Positions 1 to 12,073 of a DNA stretch of 36,076 nucleotides are shown piece after piece. The notes beneath the pieces were generated by a model that saw nothing but the letters and a program-made list of their open reading frames with translations, did not search any database and was not told the DNA's origin. The first letter of the stretch is position 1. Every line of letters starts with the position of its first letter. The translations under genes and the position numbers were made by a program. Origin of the DNA: Octopus bimaculoides (lineage: Eukaryota); the NCBI RefSeq assembly GCF_001194135.2, contig NC_068984.1:143425572-143461647 (forward strand). Direction: 5' to 3'.

Positions 1-810
1 ATATATTTATATATATATATATATATATATATGCATATACATATATATATATATATATATACGTGTGTATGTATGTATGTTTGTATAATAGATAGATAGA
101 CAGATATATATATATAGACAGACAGATAGATAGATAGATAGATAGTTATATATGCTACACATGTGTGTGTGTGAGAGAGAGAGAGAAAGAGAGAGAGAGA
201 GTAATAATATTTGCAGGCATACATATTAATAATCGGTTCCATTGTCTTCCCGTTGCGTCATTCAAATTATGATTGTGAGACGGAATATTTTACTCACTTC
301 AATCAGGAATGTTGCGTCGAAACCACCAGTAAGTTTAGTCTCCAACCATTTTATTGCATTTCAGTTGAAACGTTATTTCTTTTGTTATTTACTCATTTTT
401 GTAACAATGCTTGGGTGTATATATATATATGCATACCTGCATAATTATATATGTGTGTGGGTGTATGCATGTATATATAAGTATATATATGCCCACAAAC
501 ATTTATTGCCACACATTACATATATATATATATATATATTATCTACGTCAATGTGTATTTGTGTGCGTGTGTGTGTTTGTGCGTGTGCGTGCGTGCGTGT
601 GTATGTGTAATGTGCTTTTGCAATCACGGCCATGCTAGAACAGTAACACGGCAAAAAAAAAAACAATTAACATTTCATGTATAGTGTATACATAGATACA
701 TCTGTATAGTTAGACACACACATATACACCTGCACACATATATACACACACACGCACACACACACATATATACGTAAAATCACACACAAACATACACTCA
801 TATATATCTA
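1..810. repeat. Compound microsatellite field: (AT)n, (ATGT)n, (ATAG)n, (GT)n, (GA)n, (AC)n
   Basis: Directly visible simple repeats; they generate the YI/CV/HT-repeat ORFs in the track. Confidence 0.95.
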
Positions 811-1074
811 TGCGAATATGTGTATGAGGAACCGAGTCAGAGAGAGAATGGAACGTAATATTTCGCCACGATCGCGGCTGGCAGCACCTTGTTGTATTGA
901 CCCTCCCTTATACATCTCTCCATGTCCCCTTCGTCTTCTAAAGTCTTTTCACTTTTTCTGTGCCTCTTTTTTTTCCCATTTCACTTTATTCATTCTCCAT
1001 GTTTAAATACTTAAGTCTATAACCGTGTACATATTTAGACACACATATTTAGACACACATATATAATTACATAT

Positions 1075-1110
1075 GTGTCTGTTTGTGTGTGTGAATATAC
1101 ATACACGCAC

Positions 1111-1202
<92 letters not shown>

Positions 1203-1215
1203 TTGTATATGTATA
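1075..1215. repeat. (AT)n then (ATGT)n microsatellite
   Basis: Long pure AT run followed by GTAT units. Confidence 0.95.
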
Positions 1216-1385
1216 TTTCTTGTCTTCAGATCCTTCATTTTCTTATTTCAACATCCCTTATTGGATGTCACGTGTTATACAATCGTCTCATATGAGCCCC
1301 TTTTTTTTTCTCATGTGACCCCTATTATATATCACAATTAACATAATCAGCACCATTAATTTCATCATCAACCACGCCAATAATC

Positions 1386-1419
<34 letters not shown>

Positions 1420-1439
1420 TACTATTACTACTACCAAGT

Positions 1440-1655
1440 CGGCAAACGGGCAGAATCGTAACCGCACCGGATAAAAAGCTCAACGGCATTTCCTCCGGCT
1501 TTGTGTTCTGAGTCCAAACACCGCCGAGATCGACTCTGCCTTTCATCGATCTGTCGAGATCGATCAAATAGGTACCCCATTGAGCACTAGGATCGATTTA
1601 ATAGAATTAGCCGCTTCTCCGAAATTGCTGGCCCTGTGCCAAATTTTGAAATTGT
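1440..1655 (+). mobile_element. tRNA-headed SINE, family A (diverged copy)
   Basis: Follows a (TAT)n/(TAC)n tract. Aligns by eye to the family-A pattern ggcagaatcgt...ttctgagt(t/c)caaa...gccgagatcgac...gcctttcatc...gtacc...ggcc(t/c)tgtgcc. Confidence 0.75.
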
Positions 1656-1849
1656 CATTATTCATTTTAATTAATTAAAAATTAAACTTTTTTTCATTTA
1701 ATATATGCATTTAATTGGATGCTAGTGATAGAATAGTTTTAGTTGTTTTTGTCGTTATCTTTGCTTTTTAGCCCTCGGTCATCGCTGGCAGTACGGAACC
1801 ATCACTGAATACATTCCCCTTGTAACCGTTTCGTTTTTGCTTATTTTAC

Positions 1850-2130
1850 CAAGGAACACATTATCCAACTTGTCCTTTTTCGAAGACGGGTTAGAGTAAT
1901 TCGAGGCAAATTTAGCTGCCACTTCTTGCAGGCCTAGCTAAGGAACCCTATAATCAAAGACCTTCCAGCGATTACCATCCACTCCTTCTCTAATGCGTTG
2001 AATACCTGGGACTACATATTTCGAATGTGCTCGTCAATTTTGAAGTCGGTATAATGTGAGTTGAGGAGAATTCAGCTGCTATTTCTAGCAATTGTAATGA
2101 CTCGGTAAATGTCCTCTTGTTGCGTCTTGT
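1850..2130 (+). repeat. Unclassified dispersed repeat, family D (two partial copies)
   Basis: Motifs cacattatccaa(c)ttgtccttttt and ga(a)tt(t/c)agctgc(c/t)a(c/t)ttct recur at about 7815-7915 and 15285-15395. Confidence 0.45.
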
Positions 2131-2399
2131 GGTTGTCTGTTATATTCTAGGTTCAAATTGATTTAGGGTTCGACTTTTCCCCCAGCCCTCTGAGGTCGAT
2201 TGATTCAATATTTTTTTTTACTTTTTTCTGAAAAAAAGATTAGGGTCTGTATTTGAAATTGCAATGGAGGACAATCAGTAATCTAAGCCCCGTAATCTCC
2301 TTTTCCAGCCACGTAGAGGCTGGCGAGAAGAGCCATAACTTGAACTCACAACACAGAAACGGATAAGACAGGCATCTTGTTCGTTTCTCTAGCTTCTAC

Positions 2400-2500
2400 G
2401 CTTATTCATACTTCTTGATTAGCACACTTTTATCGACCCCGAACGGATAAAAAATTGTGATGATCGCGCCCGCATTTGAAATCAGAACCTAGAAATTTAA
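2400..2500 (-). mobile_element. SINE family A fragment (degenerate)
   Basis: ttttatcgaccccgaacggataaaa...atttgaaatcagaac matches the reverse complement of the family-A body. Confidence 0.5.
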
Positions 2501-2618
2501 AACGAGTAGACCAACCCATTTTGTACGACAATCCAACAATTCTCTCAGTTCACTTGCTGTGACATATCAGATAGATATATCAGTCATACACTTTGCTTAA
2601 ATTTAGCCAAGGTTTTGA

Positions 2619-2838
2619 AGGCAGCGAGCTGGCAGAAACGTTAGCACGCCGGGTGAAATGCTTAGCGGTATTTCGTCTGTCTTTACGTTCTGAGTTCAAA
2701 TTCCTCCGAGGTCGATTTTGCCTTTCATCCTTTCAGAGTCCATAAATTAAGTACCAGTTGCATACTCGTGTCGATATAATCGACTGGGCCCTCCTCCCTA
2801 AAGATTTCGGGCTTTGTGCCCAGTGCAGAAAAGAATAT
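2619..2838 (+). mobile_element. tRNA-headed SINE, family A, full length
   Basis: Box-A-like TGGCAGAAACGTTAG and box-B-like GAGTTCAAATTCC. High similarity to 4752-4966 and to the reverse complement of 25947-26157. Confidence 0.9.
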
Positions 2839-3399
2839 CAGCCAAGGATAAATTTATTTGTGCCCGTTGTATTCTAATAGCTCTTATTTCGCGGTTCACG
2901 TTTAACCGTTCTACATTAAATAGAAACCACACGCCAATCCACAGGTTATCTTTCAATCCTAAATGTTACTAAGAAAAGAATTACGAAACGAGAGATACAA
3001 GCACAGTTACAATAATAAACCCTGTAATCTGCTCGAGTTCACGCCAACAGTTTCTCCCACAAAGGGGTCTATTTTCACTACTATGACTACTAATACCACT
3101 GCTGCTGTTGCTACATAGGTGCTACGTGGCCATGTGTTAAAGAAGATTCCTCCAGGATCACCACACTTCGGACTCGATCCCACTTTGTGTATGTTACGGG
3201 CGTGACTTTTACCACGGTCACGCTCCGACCCCAGCCTTGTGTGAGTGACATTGTATTAGTAGAATTTGTGTGGGTGGATTGAAAGGTCGGACAACTGCTG
3301 ATATCGATAATTCCAGCGGTACAACCGTGTCCTATTTTATGTTAGGTTGATTATGTCTGACTGTTACGTTAAGATTACATCATCACACACTTGAACGTT

Positions 3400-3613
3400 A
3401 GTCCCTAGAATTCCAGGACCCATAAGGCCTAGGGCCTGTTACCCTAATTCTATGCCTCCACCTCCTTTCCTCCGAACGGGACGCTAATCCATGGTGAGGT
3501 TACTCACTCACAGCTGAGTGGACTGGAGCGAGATGAAAGGAAGCGGTTTCATCCGGGAATCGAACCCACAGTCTTGAAATCGGGAGTGCAACCCTCGAGC
3601 TATTACGTCACGT
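3400..3613 (-). mobile_element. tRNA-headed SINE, family C-like (degenerate)
   Basis: Minus strand has box B GGGTTCGATTCCC and gctccagtccactcagctg, shared with 6003-6307. Confidence 0.55.
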
Positions 3614-3745
3614 GTTTTCACATTAAGATTACCCTACACGAATATTCAATGAGCTATTATATATTCATTTGTGTTGATTGAACGAGTATTTGCATTGATT
3701 GAACGAATGAAACCCCATCTTTGTAACCGACAGAAATTCATCTAC

Positions 3746-3780
3746 CTACTACTACTACAACTACTACTACTACTACTACA

Positions 3781-3836
<56 letters not shown>

Positions 3837-3837
3837 A
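3746..3837. repeat. (TAC)n trinucleotide microsatellite
   Basis: About 30 units; the source of the poly-Leu ORF 3671-3949. Confidence 0.95.
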
Positions 3838-3900
3838 ACGTTCGCTGCGAATTGACGAAGATGTAATTCCTACCAAATTTAGTTCCCTTACAACAATTCT

Positions 3901-4451
3901 TACGCGGATGCGTCAAAAAGTAATGCCATTTTGTTTAGGACAGGTATAATTACGAACACAGGAACATATATCATACATCAAAATAAAGCTGGTCCTCTGT
4001 GGATCACATCCCTACTTCTCAACATAGTCACCGTTTCTCTCGATAGCAATATTCCACCTTCGAATGAGAGCATGTATCCCTACCCCGTAAAATTCTGTTG
4101 ACTGTTCTTTGAGCCACTTCTTCACTACAGTTTTCACTTCCTCGTCACTGGAATAATGTTTACCTCTCAAATCCTCTTTCATGGGGCTGAAGAGATGATA
4201 GTCTGAAGACGCTAAATNNNNNNNNNNNNNNNNNNNNNNNNNNNNNNNNNNNNNNNNNNNNNNNNATTATTCCAGTGACGAGGAAGTGAAAACTGTAGTG
4301 AAGAAGTGGCTCAAAGAACAGTCAACAGAATTTTACGGGGCAGGGGTACATGCTCTCATTCGAAAGTGGAACATTGCTATTGAGAGAAACGGTGACTATG
4401 TTGAGAAGTAGGAATGCAATCCACAGAGGACCAGCTTCATTTTGATGTATG
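3901..4451. mobile_element. Mariner (Tc1/mariner, D,D34D-type) derived fold-back element: two inverted transposase 3' ends separated by a gap
   Basis: Minus strand 4217->4012 reads LASSDYHLFSPMKEDLRGKHYSSDEEVKTVVKKWLKEQSTEFYGVGIHALIRRWNIAIERNGDYVEK*, a classic mariner C-terminus. 4266-4451 (+) is the inverse of 3972-4157. A mariner-TIR-like end, tacgcggatgcgtcaaaaagtaatgcc, starts at 3901. Confidence 0.9.
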
Positions 4452-4709
4452 TTTACGGCGACGTAAATACACCAACACTAGTTGTCAAGCAGTAATGGGG
4501 GACAAACACAGATACAAAGGCACACACACACACACACACGCACGCATAGGGCGGGCTTCTTTCAATTTCCGTCTATCAAATCCACTCACAAGGCTTTGGT
4601 CGACCCGAGGTTATAGTAGAAGACACTTGCCCAAGTTGCCACGCAGTGGGACTGAACCCATAACCATGTGGTTGGGAAGCAAGCTTCTTACCTCACAACC
4701 ACGCCTGCA
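4452..4709 (-). mobile_element. tRNA-headed SINE, family B (internal microsatellite), 3'-truncated
   Basis: Minus strand: ggtaagaagcttgcttcccaaccacatgg...gggttcagtcccactgcgtgg...gggcaagtgtcttctactata...gaaagaagcccg, then (GT)n and ttgtccccc...cttgacaac. It abuts the right mariner arm. Confidence 0.9.
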
Positions 4710-4751
4710 ATAGTTATACAATGTCATAGCAATGTGTTATACAATAATGGG

Positions 4752-4966
4752 GCAGCGACCTGGCAGAAACGTTAGTACGCCAGGCGAAATCCTTAACGGT
4801 GTTTCGTCTGTCTTTTCGTTCTGAGTTCAAATTCCGCCGAGATCGAATTTGCCTTTTATCCTATCGGGGTCGATAAACTAAGTACCAGTTGCGTTGTGGG
4901 GTCGATCTAATCGACTGGCCCCCACCCCTAAAATTTCGGGCCGTTTGCCTAGAGTAGAAAAGAATA
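4752..4966 (+). mobile_element. SINE family A, full length
   Basis: Same head, body and end (gcctagagtagaaaagaata) as 2619-2838. Confidence 0.9.
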
Positions 4967-5090
4967 TGTTATATAGTAATGAAAGTCTATGTTCGGCTTT
5001 ATACATGTCAACGACTCTGTTCTACGTTATGAACACCAAGATTAAGAAAGACTATTCTGCTACGAAAGAGACGTTATACATACTCATATA

Positions 5091-5123
<33 letters not shown>

Positions 5124-5208
5124 GAGATTCCACTATACATATTTCATATTACGTATGTGTGTGTTTGTAAATATATGTATGTGTATGTATTTGTATATAA
5201 CTATATAA

Positions 5209-5276
<68 letters not shown>

Positions 5277-5559
5277 ATGTATGTTACATACGTACATGTA
5301 CTGTTAACAAAAGTCTGGATGCGTAGTGTTCATTTATTCCATAAATAAAAAGTGCGTTACGTGTACGTTTTGTAGTATGTATTTTCCTTACATGCCTATA
5401 TAATTGTATTACTTTCTCTACACAACAAATGTTATAGGCCAAGCAGTTTTCACGGGTTTCCGCAGCTGGGCTCAAACTCTCCAGTCCCCGTTTTTTTAAG
5501 TTCCATAATCTCTCATTCAGCAAATCTTTTTGGTGTTAACATTTCATTCCCAGATATGG

Positions 5560-5771
5560 ATTTCGAATTTAGGCACAAGGTCAAAAAAATTGGGGGAGAA
5601 GCTAAGTTGATTATATCGACCCCCAACGTTCAACTGGTGCTTTTTTATCGACCCCGAAATAGTGAAAAGCAAAGTAGACCTCGGCAGAATTTAATCTCAG
5701 AACTTTAATGACGGACGTAATACCACTAAGCATTTTACCTAGGGCGCTAAAAACTCTGCCATCGCGTCGCC
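5560..5771 (-). mobile_element. SINE family A, full length, diverged
   Basis: ggcacaagg...tatcgacccc...actggtgc...atcgaccccgaaa...aaagtagacctcggcagaattt...ctctgcca is the reverse complement of family A. Confidence 0.8.
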
Positions 5772-6002
5772 TATTTCTTTCCCAAACAGTAAATGTTCAT
5801 GAGAAGAGGTTTGGTCTTCTAATTACGGAGATGATCTAAGTCCATACAATATTTCCGGTTCACATCAGCTTTCATTTATGAGACTTTAACCGCATTTACG
5901 TTTAGTCTGTCGAACGTTCCCTTGTGGTATTTTCTCTGACTTAGAACCCCGTATGTCTTGCCCCTTTTCACCGACTATATATATATATATATATAAATAA
6001 AT

Positions 6003-6307
6003 AATAAATGCGCCCTTTCAAAGCCTAGCCAGGCTCATGGGCCCGGTTTCCCGGTTTCAAAGGCGTATGTGTTCCCCAGNNNNNNNNNNGGGCCCGGTTT
6101 CCCGGTTTCAAAGGCGTATGTGTTCCCCAGCTGGACGGGACGCCAGTCCATCGCAGCGTTAGTCATTTTGGTCAGCTGAGTGGACTGGGGCAACGTGAAA
6201 TGAAGTGTTTTGCTCAAGAACACAACACGTCACCCGGTCCAGGAATCGAAACCACAATCTTGCGATCATATTGCTGACACCCTAACTACTATGCCACGCG
6301 CCTCCAC
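6003..6307 (-). mobile_element. tRNA-headed CORE-like SINE, family C with an alternative 3' tail
   Basis: Minus strand: head ggaggcgcgtggcatagtagttagggtg...ggtttcgattcctgg; CORE-like ttgtgttcttgagcaaaacacttcatttcacgttgccccagtccactcagctg; tail gatggactggcgtcccgtccag...; (TTTA)-like end. A 41-nt duplication flanks the internal gap. Confidence 0.85.
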
Positions 6308-8137
6308 TATATNNNNNNNNNNNNNNNNNNNNNNNNNNNNNNNNNNNNNNNNNNNNNNNNNTATATATATATATATATTTCTAGTTAATTCTTTAAGCCT
6401 CCATGCATTGAATACTTTCATACTAACTTATATCTTTCTGAAATATAAGTAATCCCACTTTTTCCTTCAGCTTTTGTTCTCTGAAACTCTTTGCCAATTG
6501 CTTTTCTGCTGACCTATTATGATATTCACTCATTTGAGCTTTCTGTTGTTCTTCCACATCATTTAGATTTATAGGGACTTTCTTTTCCTTCTTTATAATC
6601 GCTTATGCTACAGTGGACTCAAGTGTTGTTTGAGACAAAATTGCATCAAACATGTTGTTGTCGTTGTTCTTGTGGGTGTTACTGTTTAGTTCTGTTCGAG
6701 CAGTTTGTACTTAAAGGCGTTCCAGTTAGAACCTCGCCATTACAAAGCAACGAAAGGCTAAAAGGAGAATTGAGGATTTTATGAGGGGTGATATTTCTGT
6801 CGGAATGAGCAATCCCAAAGCGACCACCTCGTTGACATAAACTCGTTATTCATAAAAACCAAAGCTTTTAAAGATTATTTCTTCAAATCTTTCGGAAATT
6901 TGATCCTAGTCGCCGTAGACGTTCAGCCATTGTTAACGCATCATCCATCAGTTAACTCTGATCATATATTTAAAGAATTCTTTGTACCATTTATCATCTC
7001 CGATAAGATCCTAGTTGTTTTATTTCTACTTTGTTTTAACAACCATGGTTTTAATGATGTTAGACCGCCACCTGGTGTAAAGCACATGCTTTCAAGCTAT
7101 ATGGAGCAAAGTGTAACCCCACGATTTGCCAAGTTTCAATTCTTAGTTGTAATATATTTCACGTCATTCACACGCGTGTAACCAATACCTAAAAGAAAAA
7201 AAAACTGTGTAAAACAATTTCTTTTCATTGTCCTATAAATAGACATCTTTGAATTTAATTTTGTTTGTTTAATTAACATATTGGCAAGCTTCGCAATCTC
7301 CTTCAGGTCAAATCTTGGCTAGACGAGAGTCTGAGGTTTCAATGCACACACAAAACCACACTTAATTTTACATTCTAATTTTCTTTTTAAAGCAAAGTAT
7401 TGGCAAGCGATGAGAAGAAACCTTAGTACATTCATGAAATCGGTCTTTGTCTAATCGAAATTTAGCCTTGAGAAGACTTCAGTCCCCCCACACACACACA
7501 CACACACTCACACACATGAAGCTTGGAGTTAAATATTTTTACTTCACACGTGCGGCTAATCACCAAAGAAAAACCACACTCAGCATTATATCATATGTCC
7601 AGCTCACCTCGCCTAAAAGATGTCTAGAGATTCATACAACTTTACAAGGTCTCAGAAGAACCCACATGATCTTCATCTACAAAAGATAACACGTTGCATA
7701 AAACCCCCAAATTTGTTGTTAGCTTGTTGTCTTGACGTTTAGTTACAGAGAATCCCTGACCCAACAGGTTACATTCAATGGCGTCCAAGCCACGCCAATC
7801 TCGTCTTGTATATTACGAGCTACATTATCTAATATAACACTTCTGTTAGAGACGAGGATATGATTTGGGGTGATTTAATAGCGTTTTTTAGTAAACAGAT
7901 AATTCCTCCTTAATCCTCAGTTGTAGGCTTGTAATATTTATATTGGGGTACGGTTTTGATTTTAGTCATAAGCACTTGTTTGATTTAGGCTGGCAACACC
8001 ACTGTAGAAAATACAGAGTGATTAAAATTTGAAACTAATACCAGTAATTAACACAACAATCGATTCTGTAGATGGGAAATTGTTAGAACTTGAAGACACG
8101 TGTGCTAGAACTTTTGACTGTGTCAAATATATTATGT

Positions 8138-8138
8138 G

Positions 8139-8178
<40 letters not shown>

Positions 8179-8189
8179 CATCTATCTAC

Positions 8190-8231
<42 letters not shown>

Positions 8232-8254
8232 GTCTGTCTATCTGTCTGTTTGTA

Positions 8255-8291
<37 letters not shown>

Positions 8292-8345
8292 ATCTGTGTG
8301 TGTGTGCGTGAACACACACACATACACGCACATATGTGTATGTGT
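8138..8345. repeat. Compound (ATCT)n->(GTCT)n->(GT)n microsatellite
   Basis: Directly visible; the source of the YLSI/CLSV ORFs. Confidence 0.95.
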
Positions 8346-8426
8346 GTATGTATATAATGCATATAACAATTGTGAAAGTAGGAGAAACATTGTTTACAGT
8401 AAATTGTCCAACAAATGACAACATTT

Positions 8427-8489
<63 letters not shown>

Positions 8490-8931
8490 CTACATCTATA
8501 ACTATTTGATTGTAAGAGTACTCTATCGATCATTTCTGTATCGTACGAAGCCTATTGCATTCACATTCCGTCTTTTCTTTAAAGTAACTGTCTACTTTAA
8601 AGACTGAAAAAGTTTCGTCGCATTTCTGCGTCCTACAAAGTCATATATAGAACAACAGAATGGTGTTCCGGGCATCCGCTATATAGCTTTTTACACCGTT
8701 AAATGTTTAAACGGTTAAAATAACTTTCCAACAAATTATTTGAGTCTCAAGACATGCTGTCGCATTAAGTCACTTGACAACTAGGTACAGCTCCACATCA
8801 TATACTTACGCGCACACACGCACATGTAAGAGACATACACACTGGGTTATTGTTATATGTGTAGCCATAGTACGGTAACGTGAACCCCGAGGAAAAATTT
8901 GTGAAAATATTGTCGGTTTTATTAAAAAGTA

Positions 8932-8979
<48 letters not shown>

Positions 8980-8994
8980 CACATTTCAAAATGT

Positions 8995-9168
8995 AACCAC
9001 ACGTCTCCCTTTTCTATTGGACTTTCCTCTGTTTGTGAAGAAGAGTTTTGCTCGAAACGTTAAACCACCTTTCTTTCCTTCCTTGAGCATCTGCTAATAC
9101 TTTACATGTACCACGTCCTCACATTGTTGTTTTTCTGTGCTTTTTCATCTTCTTTTTGGGATTTACCA
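8995..9168 (+). mobile_element. Penelope-like terminal relic carrying a degenerate minimal hammerhead motif
   Basis: gttt-gtgaaga-a-gagt(ttt)gctc-gaa-acgt-t-aaac at 9031-9065. Downstream gagcat...ctaatac is shared with the relic at 15757-15945. Ends in (AT)n. The Penelope assignment is inferred from the known PLE-hammerhead association. Confidence 0.5.
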
Positions 9169-9324
9169 TATATATATATATATATATATATACACACGCA
9201 CACACGTGCATAAGATCCAATTTTATAATATTTAATGTATTTGTGTGTGTGCGTGTGTCTGTGTAGCTGTGTCTATGTGCATTTATGTGCACGTATACAC
9301 CCTGGTATACGTGCACACATATAT

Positions 9325-9507
9325 TTGTTTATTTGTTTCAGTCATGTGACTGCAGCCATGCTGGAGCACCGCCTTTAGTCGAACAAATCGACCCCAGGGC
9401 TTATTCTTAGTAAGCCTAGTACTTATTCTCTCGGCCTCTATTCCCGAACTGCTACGTTACGGGGACGTGAACACACCTACATCGATTGTCAAGCAATGGT
9501 GGAAGAA

Positions 9508-9541
<34 letters not shown>

Positions 9542-9880
9542 NNNNNNNNNNNNNNNNNNNNNNNNNNNNNNNNNNNNNNNNNNNNNNNNNNNNNNNNNNN
9601 NNNNNNNNNNNNNNNNNNNNNNNNNNNNNNNNNNNNNNNNNNNNNNNNNNNNNNNNNNNNNNNNNNNNNNNNNNNNNNNNNNNNNNNNNNNNNNNNTATA
9701 TATACATACATATATACGACGGGCTTCTTTCAGTTTCCGTCTACCAAATCCACTCAGAAGGCTTTGATCGGCCCGAGGCTATAGTAGAAGACACTTGCGC
9801 AAGGTCCCACGCAGTGAGACTGAACCTGGCACCATGTGGTTGTTAAGCAAGCTACTTACCCCTCAGCCACACCTGCGCCT
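9325..9880 (-). mobile_element. SINE family B, full length (gap in the internal microsatellite)
   Basis: 5' half at 9715-9880. 3' half at 9325-9510 (ttgacaatcgatg...gtccccgtaac...aataagtactaggc...ggggtcgatttgttcgactaaaggcggtgctccagcatggc...tgactgaaaca). Confidence 0.9.
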
Positions 9881-10159
9881 ATGTAACAAAGATTTTGTGT
9901 TCCCAATATACAAACTCAAATGAAACGAAATGACTCGCTGTACGTAGCAAACCAAAGTTTACAAATTGGTCAAGTAACCGTGTTTGTGTTTATACTAGTT
10001 CTGTATCTCCGGCCATGTCCAGGTCAACTCCTACTCGTGATTCCATATGCGACATAACCTTGTGTAATGCTGTCTAACCTTTATGTACATCCCCATGTTG
10101 CTTCCGATCCAGCAGACCTCCAGCCGTGACCATCCATCTTGTTTGTTGTCGTTTCTTGT

Positions 10160-10275
10160 ATCTGGAATTCTAAAGGTACAGTCTTGTCACACTGATTCCG
10201 CCCGAGGATTTTCATTAAGAGTACACGTGTCTGTAGAGTACTCACCCACTTATTCATTCCGGAGCGAGCAGTTTT
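10160..10275 (+). mobile_element. SINE family C 3' module (degenerate)
   Basis: aattctaaaggtacagtcttgtcacact...ttaagagtacacgtgtctgtagagtactcacccactt matches the 3' module of 17695-18019 and 19122-19502. Confidence 0.7.
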
Positions 10276-10339
10276 TTTCCTTTTATTGCGCCTATGCTGG
10301 GGCAACACCTTGAAGTGTTTTGTGTTCTTTATTTTATTT

Positions 10340-10758
10340 CTTTTTTTTTGTTTATCTTTTACTCGAATAGATCAACCTCAGTATATATTTTTAAGCCTGG
10401 TCTTATTTTACCCATCTCTTTTATCGAACCGCTAAGTAACGGGGACCTAAACAAACTGACGTCGGTTGTTAAGCGGTGGTGGATGACAAACACAGGACTC
10501 ACACACATGGGTGTAAACACACACAACATACACACACATACATGTATATATATAGATATAAACGTACATATATGCACATATAAACACAAATGTATGCGCA
10601 CATACAACAGGCTTCCACACAGTTTCCGCGAAGCAAATTCACTCACAAGTATGGGGCTATTGTAGAAGACATTTTGTGAAAGTATTGTGAAGTGAGATTG
10701 AACGTGAAACCGTATAGTTGCAAATCGACCTTCTTGGACACACGGCCGTGCCTGCGCC
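10340..10758 (-). mobile_element. SINE family B, diverged
   Basis: aagcctggtcttatt...cgaaccgctaagtaacggggac...gttgttaagcggtggtggatgacaaacac...gggctattgtagaagac are reverse-complement matches to family B. Confidence 0.75.
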
Positions 10759-10941
10759 GTATAATGCGAGTTTGTTCAATTGGATGAGTTGTAAAACGCG
10801 TTTAACAAATAAAACCAACGTTCCGGTTTCGCTTCTTGCATGATATCAGCTCACTTCGCCTATAGAATTATGCACGTGACGCAGGTATGAACGCCACAAC
10901 TCGCATTTTGCTATCACTCTGAATGTATCTCGGAAGGGTCA

Positions 10942-11360
10942 TTGCTTACTTTACTTGCTTTGGTTAAGGCAGTCCATCTTGACAGATGCTAACGTCGTCT
11001 TTGATCCTTAGGGATTGTCTTGATGGCATTGGCAGGCCCTCTCGTGGCTGAAAAGGCCGATTCTGGAGGCACATGTCCGATTACACTGAGAGCAGTGAAG
11101 AGGGCTGCTTGTCTAGGATTTTGCTGACATTCCTTGAGCTATCTCCGCTTTTCTTCGCGAAGTCTAGTCCACTCATCCTCAATATGCTGCGTACCAGTTT
11201 TGACCATACCCCTCCAGGTAGTACGGTCTGTGGCCAGTGTTTCAAGTTCACAGGGAGGGGAGGATGTTCCAGAGCTTCAGGGATTTCTTGAGATGATCTT
11301 TATATCGCTTCTTTGGACCTCCGTGCGGTCGGTTACCCTCTGCTCCTTACTTAACTAGAC
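10942..11360 (-). mobile_element. RTE-clade LINE 3' end (ORF2 C-terminus with C2H2-like finger, disrupted)
   Basis: Minus frames: EGNRPHGGPKKRYKDHLKKSLK / ELETLATDRTTWRGMVKTG / HCSQCNRTCASRIGLFSHERAC*. Short 3' UTR and an (AAGT)-like tail follow. Two frameshifts and an in-frame stop. Confidence 0.9.
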
Positions 11361-11408
11361 AAGTGTAGGTAAACGTAAGAAGGAAGAGAAAGACAAATGT
11401 GGTGGAAT

Positions 11409-11453
<45 letters not shown>

Positions 11454-11907
11454 ATNNNNNNNNNNGTATATAGAACATATACACATACATATGTATATAT
11501 GTATAAGAAATGAAATGAAGAACGCAATTGGGATTTAAGATATTAAATCACACTTGTATTCGTTTTATATCTACGCAACACCTGGAACCAAACTCGAGTC
11601 GTATCATCAGTTTATATTTGGCATGTTCTCAGCACAAGAAACTATTAGTAGCATATAAAATTCCTGTATCGTGTCTGTTAAATAATATTTATATCCCACC
11701 AAATAGAATACTTTTTTATTGATCTTATCATCGCGGAACAGTAGACTTCATATATATATATATATATATATACATACACACACACCTCACTGTGAACCCA
11801 ATGTTATGTTAGCTAGCCAGTCTTGGAGACCTCAGTCTTGATGCGCCTAGATTCTAATGAATCCTGAAACTAAACCTTTCTATCTATCTGTCTCTATCTC
11901 TTTTCAG

Positions 11908-11939
<32 letters not shown>

Positions 11940-12019
11940 CATATATATTTATCTATCTGTATGTATATGTATTTAAATGTATATATATATATATATATAC
12001 ATACATACATGCATACACG

Positions 12020-12060
<41 letters not shown>

Positions 12061-12073
12061 TCTTTTCTACTCA

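Noticed and set aside
211-1341. YIYI/CVCV/HTHT/poly-L/poly-V/RERE ORFs here and throughout the window
   Set aside because: Translations of microsatellites with no domain content.
6039-6130. 41-nt direct repeat around a 10-N gap
   Set aside because: Identical copies on both sides of a gap inside one SINE; this is an unmerged contig overlap.
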